64,000 nt of DNA from Azolla caroliniana (Eukaryota; Plantae; Polypodiophyta): assembly GCA_043228905.1 (NCBI GenBank), contig JBHGNT010000004.1:5146001-5210000 (forward strand), given 5' to 3'. Positions within the stretch are counted from its first letter, which is position 1. Every line of letters starts with the position of its first letter. Below, piece by piece: positions 37,128 to 47,318 of this stretch. The position numbers and the translations under genes were made by a program. The notes beneath the pieces were generated by a model. It was not told where the DNA came from, did not search any database, and was given only the letters and a program-made list of their open reading frames with translations.

Positions 37128-39244
37128 TCTCGGTTATCGGAGCCGAGGGAGTCGCGGTTACGCTCGTGGTTCGGCCTGACCGTCAAAAACTGGACCGAAT
37201 GGCGCCCGTCCTGGCTCTTGACCCGCGCATAGGCCGAACCGTTGTCCAGCACCTTGGTCTCCATTCGAGCCGCCGTGATGTACGGCTCTCCCAGTATGAC
37301 GGGGTGCGATGACGACTCCTGCACGAAGAAGTGCTGGTCTATCTCGACATCGCCGATCTTGACCCGTACATTCGGGCAGGCCCCGTGAAGTTCCTCGGTG
37401 GCGCGCGTCGCCGCCCTTATCTTCCACCCGTGCTTGGTGTTGATCGGCCATTTGCCCTTCTTATAGAAGTCCATGGACATCAGGTTGATTTCCGATCCGT
37501 GGTCCACCAAAGCTACTACCGGTTCCTGGACATCGCCGATCTTTACCGGGGTTTCCGTGGTCGCTCGGGCCCAGTGTGGCCGCGAATAGTGGCTCTCCGC
37601 CCACTCGTCTTCCAGCGCCATGTCGTCCAGGTGCGTCGTTCGCACTTCCACCGGTCTTTCCGGTTCTGTCTCCGTTGACAGCCTCTTCCGTTTCACCAAG
37701 TCCACGATGGAGTCGTGGAACTCCTTCTTGGCGATTCCCAGCACCTCCCGTAGCGACAGCTCCACCTTGCTGTCGAGGATCCGTTCCTCCAGGACCTTTC
37801 GTAAGTCCGTGGTTCTTTCTATCTCCGTCCCCAGACGGTACCCGCCCTTCTGGGGTTTATCTTGCGTACCGGCCCCGCCGGCTTCGTCCCGTCGTGGCCC
37901 GGACCGGGTCTCGTATCGTTGTGAGGGCCCGGTCGTCCCGGGTTTCCTCACCCGCTTCTCTTCTACCAGAGCCTCGTAGTTTCGGCAAGCGGCTTCCACG
38001 AAGCCCGTCTTTTCCTCGACCGGGTCGCTCCACCCGGTCATCTCCCGTACCCGTTTCTCCGCACGGTCCGATTCCTCCCTTTTAAGCCCTGCACCGGCAA
38101 GGCCTTCCAGCATCGTCGGCCAGAATCCGGCTTTGCTTTCCTTTCGGGCCTCGCCGCCCCCGACTCGAATGCCGGCCGACGCCGAGTAGTGGACGGTTTC
38201 CGCATGTCGGGCCGCCGCCTCTTCCATCAACCTCTTCATTCCGCCTCGCCCGTCGTTTCGGTTTAGGGCCCTTCTCGTGTCGTTGGCGTGAACCCGGCCT
38301 TCCCATAGGTACACCACCCGGTTCCTCAGCGCCTCTGCGAAATCGCCGCAGTCTTTTCGGATGTGGCCGACCCCGTCGCACCACATGCACCTGTTCCCTG
38401 CCGCCGGCCGTCGGTCACGAGCAGGCCCTCCGCCTTCTCTGCGGGCTTGTGCGATTTGGAGGTCTTTTATCGCCCTCGTCAGTTCCTCCAACGCAGCTCC
38501 CCCAGTCGAGCCTCCGATCACGCCGGTCGGAGCCGAACCGGATTCCAGCCACTCCCGAGTCTCTTCCCTTTGCACCGGCTGCGCCGGCTCGAGTTTCCTC
38601 GCCGCGACTGAGCCCGACCCGGTTGCTCTGTCATCCTCCCATTCTCGCCGTTTGTCGAAACGGCCGTAGGCTCTCTTGACCGCCGCCCAGTCGGCTGTCA
38701 GCCCATCTTCGGTTTCTAGCAGGGCGCCCACGTGACTCCGATCCCTCTCGTCAACCGATTTGACGAACAGCAGGACCCGGCTTGTATCCAGGACCATCCT
38801 GTCAAGCGCCGAAAGGCGCGCGAAGTTCTCCTCGAACTCCCGGAGGAGTGCCGACGCATTCCTTCCTTTCCCGGGAGACTCCACCCACTCCATGAAGCTT
38901 CGCTTCGAAAGCCGGAGCGCGTCGTCCAGTCCGTATTTTTCCAGGAGCCGCCCTTCGAACTCCTCCCAGGTACGGCTCTCCGCCCGCACCTCGAGCACCT
39001 CCGCGTGGATGCTCGGCATCGCCACTCGGGGAAAACCGGCAAGACGCCTGTCTTCCGGAATGTCCCGCATTAACATTTCCGCACCGTAGGACGCCAGGTA
39101 CTTCGTGGCATCTTTTCCGGTGAATCGACCGATCGTTCCGACGACCGCCTCAATAGCTCTATCGAGGGCGCCGGTGCCCTCGCGCGCGCTTACTATCCGA
39201 TCCACGGCCGAAGCCATGGCCTCTGCAAGATCCGCCCCCTTCAT
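37118..39244 (-). CDS. gag: Gag-protease polyprotein
   Basis: 708-aa ORF with CMWCDGVGHIRKDC knuckle, LVDHGSEIN aspartic protease site and VILGEPY. Confidence 0.9.
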   Translation of the reverse strand: MKGADLAEAMASAVDRIVSAREGTGALDRAIEAVVGTIGRFTGKDATKYLASYGAEMLMRDIPEDRRLAGFPRVAMPSIHAEVLEVRAESRTWEEFEGRLLEKYGLDDALRLSKRSFMEWVESPGKGRNASALLREFEENFARLSALDRMVLDTSRVLLFVKSVDERDRSHVGALLETEDGLTADWAAVKRAYGRFDKRREWEDDRATGSGSVAARKLEPAQPVQREETREWLESGSAPTGVIGGSTGGAALEELTRAIKDLQIAQARREGGGPARDRRPAAGNRCMWCDGVGHIRKDCGDFAEALRNRVVYLWEGRVHANDTRRALNRNDGRGGMKRLMEEAAARHAETVHYSASAGIRVGGGEARKESKAGFWPTMLEGLAGAGLKREESDRAEKRVREMTGWSDPVEEKTGFVEAACRNYEALVEEKRVRKPGTTGPSQRYETRSGPRRDEAGGAGTQDKPQKGGYRLGTEIERTTDLRKVLEERILDSKVELSLREVLGIAKKEFHDSIVDLVKRKRLSTETEPERPVEVRTTHLDDMALEDEWAESHYSRPHWARATTETPVKIGDVQEPVVALVDHGSEINLMSMDFYKKGKWPINTKHGWKIRAATRATEELHGACPNVRVKIGDVEIDQHFFVQESSSHPVILGEPYITAARMETKVLDNGSAYARVKSQDGRHSVQFLTVRPNHERNRDSLGSDNREDF

Positions 39245-40017
39245 TTCCTACTCTTCTGCCGCCTCTTTCACGTCGGGTTCACCAAGATGTCGGGGTTACT
39301 ACGCCCTTGCGTGTAGAAAGGAGGAGGGACCACGGGGGTCTCGAACCGAAGAGCAAGAGAGAGAGGAGTAAGAGAGAGAGACCCGAATACACAGAACCGA
39401 AGATCCGATTGCGCAGAACCGACGATTGCACAGGGACACGGCCCAACAAACAGAGATCACAAATGAACGCCGACGCAGATGGACGCAACAACGAGAGATA
39501 TGTACTTATGAATGCAAGAAAATAACAGACTAAAGTATTACAACCCACGGTGGGGCACAAAATAGATACTAACGAAAACGAACAGGGCGGCGAACAGCTG
39601 CCGACCCCTGTATGTCGCGACGCACAGAAAGGGAAAACAGGTCGGAGGTGCTGCAGGACGCACTCGGGCGTTCCACGGAACAGCGCAAGCCTCCTCGAAA
39701 CCTGCACAGGTACGCGATGGAGCAGAAGACAGAGAGAGCAGGAGTGAGAGAGAAGCTCCGAAATCGGTTCGGCAGCACTTCGTCCTCTCCGCGGGAGATG
39801 CCGACTTCTATTCTTCCTCTTCCTTTTATAGCCCGTCAAGAGGCCGTTTGGCATTAACTGCATACCAACCGAATCTACCCACCTAGGATCCTCGTATGTA
39901 CCTACTTCGTCCTTAGGTACTTCTTGGCGCGCGTGTGTGTGTAGAGCCGTTTCCCGCGCCTTGTTCCTCCGATTCCTCTTGTGGGCGGTTTTCTTCACGA
40001 CAACGGTAACACAGAAA

Positions 40018-43000
40018 ATGGAAGGCGGCGGTAGTGGGCCTCCGGGCATGATGGTGTTGAACTCACAGAACTACGCCGACTGGAAGATAAAGATGGAAGA
40101 CCTCCTCATCGTCCGAGACCTGTACGAACCGATCGACAATGCCGAGATACCCAAGGGGGTAATAGAGTCGGAGTGGAAGCTCCTGAACCGGAAAGTCGTA
40201 GCGACGATCCGGCAATATGTAGATGTAAGTGTTCTGCAACATGTGGCGAACGACACCAACGCATATGAGATGTGGAAGAAGCTGTCGGGCCTCTACGAGA
40301 GGAAGAATGCGTTGAACCGGACCTCCCTGATGAGGAAGATAGTGAACCTCAAGTACCGGGACGGCGAGAATATGGTGGAACACGTGAGCACGTTCATGGG
40401 ATTCGTGAACCAGCTTGCGGCGATCAAGTTCCCGTTGGAGGATGCAATGCAAGCCATCATTCTGATGTGTACATTGCCGGAAAGCTGGGAGAACTTGGTG
40501 GTGACACTCAGCACCTCCTGCACGGAAGATAACTTGTCCCTACAAACGGTAAAGACAAGTATTTTGAACGAAGAAGCGCGTCGGAGAGATAAAGAACCGG
40601 CCTCCGACTCGAAGGCGCTGCTTACCGAATCGGAACGGGGAAGACAATGGAACCGGAGTCCGCAAAGACGGGAGAAGTCGGGGACCCGGTCGCAGTCAAG
40701 AGGAAGGCCCACGTGCTTCCACTGTGGGAAGCCGGGGCACTTCCGGAAGAATTGTCGGCATTACCGAAAGGACAACGTAGCCGACGACACCGATTCGAAG
40801 AAGTCACCGGAGAGAAACGGTGCATACCGGGGAGCCACGGACCGGAGAGGTCCGGATTGGCGAGGGCAGGACCGGAAAGGAACGACGGCACTCGCGGCAA
40901 GTGAAGAAGAGATAATGCTCATTACCGAAGAGAGGGAGCTGAACCTTGCCGGTGAAGAGATGACCTGGGTGGTCGATTCCGGAGCGTCGTTCCACCTGAC
41001 CCCGGAGAAGAAATACTTCTCATCCTACACAGCCGGTGAGCACGACTGTGTCCGGATGGGAAATGAAGGCACATGCCGGATTGCCGGCATAGGAGACGTG
41101 TGGCTGATGACATCAACCGGATGCAAGATGCTGCTGAAGGATGTGCGACACGTTCCGGAGGTCCGATTGAACCTGATCTCGGCCGGGAGGCTAGACGATG
41201 AAGGCTACACAGGTAGCATCCGGAACGGCGTAATGAAGTTCAGCAAGGGGAGCCTGATAGTGGCTCGGGGCCGGAAAGTCAACACACTGTACCTGATGAA
41301 TGCCCGGTTATGTCCGGAAGAGCTGAATGTGGCAGCCGATACTGCCGGTGAGCTGTGGCACAAAAGACTGTGCCACATGAGTGAGAAGGGGATGAAGAGG
41401 CTTGCAGAAGACAACCTTATCCCAGTGAAGCATGTGCACCTGGAGAAGTGCACCGACTGCCTGGCCGGTAAGCAAAACCGGACCTCCTTCCACTCAAGGC
41501 CACCGACGAGACGTAGTGTACCATTGGAGTTGGTACACACTGATGTGTGTCAGGTAGAAACGAAGTCACATGGCGGAGCCCAGTACTTCGTGACATTCAT
41601 TGATGATCACAGCCGGAAGCTGTGGACGGCACCGTTGAAGACAAAGGACCAAGTGTTGTCCGTCTTCAAAGAACTCCACGCGAGAGTGGAAAGAGAATCC
41701 GGCAACAAGCTGAAAGCGATACGAGCGGATAACGGAGGGGAATACCGGGGGCAGTTCGCGGAGTACTGTCGTTCGAAGGGAATCCGGCTCGAGTTTACTG
41801 TGCCGAAGACGCCGGAACTGAACGGGCTGGCCGAGAGGATGAACCGGACCATAATGGAGAGGGTCCGGAGTATGTTGGGGCATGCGGAATTACCCAAGGG
41901 GTTTTGGGCTGAGGCAATGTCGACGGCGACATACGTGATAAACAGATCACCCTCAGTACCTCTGGACGGAGACACGCCGCAAAGAGTGTGGACCGGTAGG
42001 GAAGTATCCTACCGGCATCTGAAGGTGTTCGGGTGTCTCGCATACGTGCATGTGGCAAAGGACCGGAGAGGAAAGCTAGATCCAAAGACCCGGCCATGCA
42101 TATTCCTCGGGTACGGCGACGACGAGTTTGGCTACCGAGTATGGGACCCGGTCGACAAGAAGATATTCAGGAGTCGAGACATCATCTTCATGGAGGACAA
42201 GACACTCGCCGACTGGGAGTCGGAGAAGAAGATGAAGAGCTCCAAGTCGACCGGTGAGAATCAACTCTACGAGGAGCAGTCCCGACCGGCAAGGGACCGG
42301 TTAACACTCGAGGATCCGGCCGAAGACTATGAAGAAACAGAACCGGCCGAAGAAGATGAAAATGATACCGGAACCGGCCCCGATCCCGAAATGGATTCGG
42401 ATGAAGAAGAATCGGAAGAACCGGTTACCGAAGCTCCGGAACGGAGATATCCTCTAAGAGAGAGAAGGGCCCCCCGGAGATTTCCGGAACCAGAGCACGT
42501 GCTGCTAACCGACGAGGGGGAGCCGGAGAGCTTTGAAGAAGCAAAGCATGACACCCAGAGCCGCAGGTGGTTGAGTGCCATGCAGGACGAGATGGATTCC
42601 CTGCATGAGAACCACACATATGAACTTGTGGAATTGCCAAAAGGAAAGCGGGCACTACGAAACAAGTGGGTGTTCAAGCTGAAACCGGGAGATGCCGGAA
42701 ACCCCCCGAGATACAAAGCCAGGATCGTGGTGAAGGGGTTCCAGCAAAAGAAGGGCGTCGATTTCGACGAGATATTTGCCCCGGTAGTGAAGATGACCTC
42801 CATCCGGACGGTGCTGAGCATAGCGGCAAGCATGGACCTCGAGGTAGAACAGATGGACGTGAAGACGGCATTCCTTCACGGTGACCTCGAAGAAGAGATC
42901 TACATGCAGCAACCGGAAGGATTCGAGAAGAAAGGGAAGGAGCACCTGGTATGCCGGTTGAAGAAGAGTCTTTACGGACTGAAGCAGGCTCCCCGGCAAT

Positions 43001-44091
43001 GGTACCGGAAGTTCGACTCCTTCATGACCGACGAAGGGTACCACAAAACGCAGTCCGATCACTGCGTGTTTGTGAAGAAGTTCGAAGGAGGAGACTCTCT
43101 AATACTCCTCCTATACGTGGACGACATGTTGATCGTCGGACGGGACCAGGTCAAGATACGGACACTGAAGAAAGCGCTTCACCAAACCTTCTCAATGAAG
43201 GACCTGGGTCCGGCGAGGCAAATACTAGGGATGCACATCATCCGGGACCGGAAGAAGAAGCAGTTGTGGCTGTCACAGGAGAAGTACGTAACAAAGGTGC
43301 TTCACCGGTTCAACATGTCGGAAGCAAGACCGGTCGGATCAACTCTCCCGGCAAACTGCAAGCTGTCCAGCAAGCAAAGCCCCAAGACAAAGGCTGAGAA
43401 AGAGGACATGATGAAAGTACCATATGCCTCTGCCATCGGAAGCTTGATGTACGCAATGGTGTGTACAAGACCGGACATAGGATACGCAGTCGGAGTGGTG
43501 AGCCGGTACATGAGCAATCCCGGCAATGAGCACTGGAACGCGGTCAAGTGGATACTCCGATACCTGAAGGGCACGGCAAACGTGTGCCTCCGATTCGGCT
43601 CCGGTAAGCCCGAACTCGACGGCTTTACAGATTCGGATATGTCGGCTGATGTAGATACCAGCCGGTCCACATCAGGGTATGTGATGACGTATGCAGGAGG
43701 AGCTGTTTCGTGGCAGTCGAGGCTGCAAAAGACGGTTGCGTTGTCAACCACGGAGGCGGAGTACATGGCGGCTGTTGAAGCCGGCAAGGAAATGATATGG
43801 ATGAAGGACTTCATTAGAGAGCTCGGTATCCGGCAGGAGGAGTACCGACTCTACTGCGACAGTCAGAGTGCCATCCACCTTGCGAAGAACACGGCCTATC
43901 ACTCCCGGACGAAGCACATCCAGCGAAGATATCACTGGATCCGGGAAAGGATAGAAGACCAGGAGTTCGTGCTGACGAAGATCCACACGGACGAGAACGA
44001 CTCAGATATGCTGACCAAAGTGCTCACACCCGACAAGCTGGAAGCATGCCGGAAGAGGATCGGATTGGAGAGACATCCCATGCCGAAGTGA
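40018..44091 (+). CDS. Copia-1 gag-pol polyprotein (intact)
   Basis: ATG at 40018. CFHCGKPGHFRKNC, WVVDSGAS, integrase HTDVC/DNGGEY/ERMNRT, RT YVDD, RNase H FTDSD..STTEAEY, in copia order. Confidence 0.95.
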   Translation: MEGGGSGPPGMMVLNSQNYADWKIKMEDLLIVRDLYEPIDNAEIPKGVIESEWKLLNRKVVATIRQYVDVSVLQHVANDTNAYEMWKKLSGLYERKNALNRTSLMRKIVNLKYRDGENMVEHVSTFMGFVNQLAAIKFPLEDAMQAIILMCTLPESWENLVVTLSTSCTEDNLSLQTVKTSILNEEARRRDKEPASDSKALLTESERGRQWNRSPQRREKSGTRSQSRGRPTCFHCGKPGHFRKNCRHYRKDNVADDTDSKKSPERNGAYRGATDRRGPDWRGQDRKGTTALAASEEEIMLITEERELNLAGEEMTWVVDSGASFHLTPEKKYFSSYTAGEHDCVRMGNEGTCRIAGIGDVWLMTSTGCKMLLKDVRHVPEVRLNLISAGRLDDEGYTGSIRNGVMKFSKGSLIVARGRKVNTLYLMNARLCPEELNVAADTAGELWHKRLCHMSEKGMKRLAEDNLIPVKHVHLEKCTDCLAGKQNRTSFHSRPPTRRSVPLELVHTDVCQVETKSHGGAQYFVTFIDDHSRKLWTAPLKTKDQVLSVFKELHARVERESGNKLKAIRADNGGEYRGQFAEYCRSKGIRLEFTVPKTPELNGLAERMNRTIMERVRSMLGHAELPKGFWAEAMSTATYVINRSPSVPLDGDTPQRVWTGREVSYRHLKVFGCLAYVHVAKDRRGKLDPKTRPCIFLGYGDDEFGYRVWDPVDKKIFRSRDIIFMEDKTLADWESEKKMKSSKSTGENQLYEEQSRPARDRLTLEDPAEDYEETEPAEEDENDTGTGPDPEMDSDEEESEEPVTEAPERRYPLRERRAPRRFPEPEHVLLTDEGEPESFEEAKHDTQSRRWLSAMQDEMDSLHENHTYELVELPKGKRALRNKWVFKLKPGDAGNPPRYKARIVVKGFQQKKGVDFDEIFAPVVKMTSIRTVLSIAASMDLEVEQMDVKTAFLHGDLEEEIYMQQPEGFEKKGKEHLVCRLKKSLYGLKQAPRQWYRKFDSFMTDEGYHKTQSDHCVFVKKFEGGDSLILLLYVDDMLIVGRDQVKIRTLKKALHQTFSMKDLGPARQILGMHIIRDRKKKQLWLSQEKYVTKVLHRFNMSEARPVGSTLPANCKLSSKQSPKTKAEKEDMMKVPYASAIGSLMYAMVCTRPDIGYAVGVVSRYMSNPGNEHWNAVKWILRYLKGTANVCLRFGSGKPELDGFTDSDMSADVDTSRSTSGYVMTYAGGAVSWQSRLQKTVALSTTEAEYMAAVEAGKEMIWMKDFIRELGIRQEEYRLYCDSQSAIHLAKNTAYHSRTKHIQRRYHWIRERIEDQEFVLTKIHTDENDSDMLTKVLTPDKLEACRKRIGLERHPMPK

Positions 44092-44535
44092 AGGGGGAGT
44101 TTGTTGGGATTTCGGTCCCTCCGGATGGGATGTCCGGAGATGAATGACGGCAAGCCCGGTTGCGGTTACGGAGCCGGATGACGAAGACCCTGGCTACGGA
44201 GCCGGATGATGAAGACCCTGGCTACGGAGCCGGATGATGAAGACCCCGGCCACGGAGCCGGATGATGAAGACCCCGGCTACGGAGCCGGATGATGAATAC
44301 CCCGGCTACGGAGCCGGATGCTGAAGACCCCGGTTACGGAGCCGGATGACGAATGTACCCGGAGGGAGATCCGGATGCGGGGACATATTTGTGAATATGT
44401 TTGCCAAGAGCCCTTGAGGCTATATTTGTAAATAGCCCGAAAGTCATATGTGTATAAATATGACTTAGGGCAAACAGTTTAGGTTGTTGCTCATTTTCTG
44501 TTTTCCACTTAGAGGGAGCGAAGTGAGAGTAGCCG

Positions 44536-44567
<32 letters not shown>

Positions 44568-44834
44568 GAAGAGGTCGACGCCTCTGTGTAATACCGCCGC
44601 CTGTAGCGAGGACAGCGAGCTCAAGGTCGTCGCCTTGCAGCTCGCCATTGTATATTCCAGTGTATAGTGATAGTTGGAGTCGTGCACTCCCGTGGTTTTT
44701 CCCGTTTAGGGTTTTCCACGTTATACCCTGTGTATTCGTCTCTCTGTGTCTTTGTTTTTTTTCCTGCTGCATTGATCCGTCTTGTCTCGGCTGTGGCCGA
44801 GAGGCGAAAGATTTGATAGCGTCAAATCCCTACA

Positions 44835-46784
44835 CGTACAACGAGGCCCAGACACCTAATCGACCAGATGTTAATTATGATGGTTGGTCTACAGTTTCTA
44901 ACAAACATGTTTTTAAACCGTCTAGTACGATGGTTAACCCAATGTTATTACTTGAAGCTAATCCTTATCAGTCTTTGTAGGAAGTGGAAAAAGATGCGGG
45001 GATTAGTACAATGGAGGTGGGGTTTGCCATTCCAAATCTCACAAAGGAAGATCGGGTGGCACAAAATTCGCAAGACATACCTTTGAAGGTACAAATTGTA
45101 GAATCTGTTTCTAAGGTAAATAATCAAGGGAATAAGGATAAACATATGTTTTTAGATAAACTAAAACAAGATGATAGGTCCTTACTTGTGAATAAGGGTG
45201 AAAAAATGGAAGTAGGCAAGGTAGACCTACCACATGTTGACATGGATTGTGGGAATATAATTGCTTTTACTACAACCACTACGTTTTCCGATAGGGTTTC
45301 TATAGTGGATAAGCATGCGCCAATGCGAGCACATAAATTGATTGGGAAAGACATTTGGTCAAATAGGAGACAATTACGAGCTTCGGAGGATGGGCGGAAG
45401 GGTAGAGATGTTGCACTTACTGAAAAGAGAGTAGGAGGGAAAAACATGAATGATGGATAGTTTAAATATTATTTCATGGAATGTATGGGGTTTAGGAGGT
45501 AGACATTGTTGTAAAGTGAAGAGTGTCTTCCGTCGTCAATTAAGGAAGTCTCTGGTAGGTAGGATTGATGTTCTTCTTATTCAAGAGCATCATTTAAATG
45601 AACAAAGGATCCAAAAATATGGAAACTTGTTGGTAGGCCAATGGAGACAGTTCTGGGTGCATGCGATTGGTGATAATAGTTTGAAAGCGGAACTTTGCAT
45701 TGCAATAAATGATATTTGGTGGCCTTCGTTCTTACATTATGGCATCTTGACGTGTGGTAGAGGTCATTATGTAATTTTTCAACTAGGATTGAAGAAGTGG
45801 GGTTTGCTAAATATCTATGCTCCGAATCATGCAAGAGATAGAACGATATTATGGAAGAATATAATGTCACAGTTACCGACTATTGACCATTGGGCAATTG
45901 CGGGTGATTTTAATATGTTGGAGGATGTGAGTGATAGGTTAGGAGGCACATCACAAACATTGGCCGGCACAGAATTATATGAATGGGAACGTTTGATTTT
46001 TTATTTGGATTTAGTGGATTTATGGCATGTGTCTTCTTTTGTAAGGATACAAGATTCGTTAGCTTACTCAAGGTCAAATAGAAGAGAGTCACATACCAAT
46101 TTATCTAGGTTAGATAGATTCTATGTTGATAAGTTTTTATGGGACAAAGGAGGTTCCATTGGAATCATACCTTCATTCTCTTTTTCTGACCATGCACCGG
46201 TTCGTTTAGTTATAGTATTGCAGGAACATCATAAAACTTCTAGGTTTAGAATTGCAAATCATGTGTTTCTTAGTCAAGAGTGTGCTCCTATTATACATAA
46301 TATTTGGAATAAATATGACTATTCTTATGATTTTGCACTATCTAGTGTTCAGAAGGCTCTTGGTGAAATACAACAATTTTTCCATTTTAAGTCTAAACAA
46401 ATATTCTATGTGTCTTTTACTAAAATAGGAAGACTTCGTAAGGGGTTAAGGTCCTTGCAACATCTGCAAGAAAAAAGACCATATTCCAGTTATATAAGTT
46501 CCCGAGTGATACAACTAGGGAATCAGATATTGGAATTAGAAAAGATTGCCGCTGATTTTCATTATCATAATATATCATCTACATGGGCAGAATCGGGAGA
46601 AAAAGTCACTAAAATGTTCTTTGCAGCGCATAATCATTATAAGTCGAATCTTAGGATTTCTCGGTTAAAATGTCTTGATGGTTCTTATACCACTGATCCT
46701 AATCAGGTGCGTCATATAGCCTCTGATTATTATGAGATTTTATTGAAAGCTAGATCCTTTTCTGGGGATGATTTAGTTAAAAGG
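44835..46784 (+). mobile_element. LINE part 2: ORF1 C-terminal and ORF2 APE endonuclease (45450-46790)
   Basis: SWNV, QEHH, YAP, GDFN, SRLDRF, SDHAPV. Continues at 61077 after TSD AAAGG. Confidence 0.9.
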
Positions 46785-47318
46785 TGTTGAGAGACAAGCT
46801 CAACATTTGTGCGTAATCCAATGCGTAAAACCGGTACGCAGACCGGTGTGTAGGAAGGCTATATCGGTGTGTAGACCGAAAGGCCGTTAGAAAGACATTC
46901 CTCGTAAGGAATAGTTTTGGGAGTAAGTGTCGAGGCTCATTTATGAGCAGTCAAGTACTGTCAGTACTTCTGTCAGCCCATTGTCAAGGCTTGTATAAAA
47001 GTGCTCATTGAACACATCTTGTGTACAGATTGAGTATTATCGTTTGAATTAAGTTCTTGTGCTTACTCTCTCTCTGTCTCTACCGTGCGTACTGTGCAAA
47101 CCTAAGCTTTCCATTAAACCTGCGTCTTCTGTTGTTCGGATTTCCTATATTGCTTCCACACGCCATTCTTTTCATGGTATCAGAGCACGAGGGTTGAGAA
47201 CCTCTGCAACCGACTTTGCTTGAAGGAAAAACCAACGAAGAAGAACAAGAAAACCGATGGACAGAGGTATGGCTAGCTCGCTTCCAACGGAGAAGCTCGA
47301 CAGAACCAACTACGCATC

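Larger units (their letters stand above)
32843..40002 (-). mobile_element. Young intact Ty3/gypsy element with tRNA-Trp PBS
   Basis: 715-bp LTRs 39288-40002 (5') and 32843-33557 (3') with one substitution noticed, TSD ACGG/ACGG, PBS TGGTGAACCCGACGTGAA (39284-39267), PPT AGGTGGGGGCGGA, intact gag-pro and pol. Confidence 0.97.
32090..44834 (+). mobile_element. Ty1/copia element 1 (full-length, interrupted by a gypsy)
   Basis: LTRs 32090-32823 and 44102-44834 (only a few differences), TSD CGTAC/CGTAC, tRNA-iMet PBS TGGTATCAGAGC 32827-32838, PPT GAAGGGGGAG just before 44102. Confidence 0.97.

Noticed and set aside
39937-40017. N-terminal extension of the copia-1 ORF in the ORF track
   Set aside because: It comes from the inserted gypsy LTR read antisense. 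The start at ATG 40018 matches copia-3.
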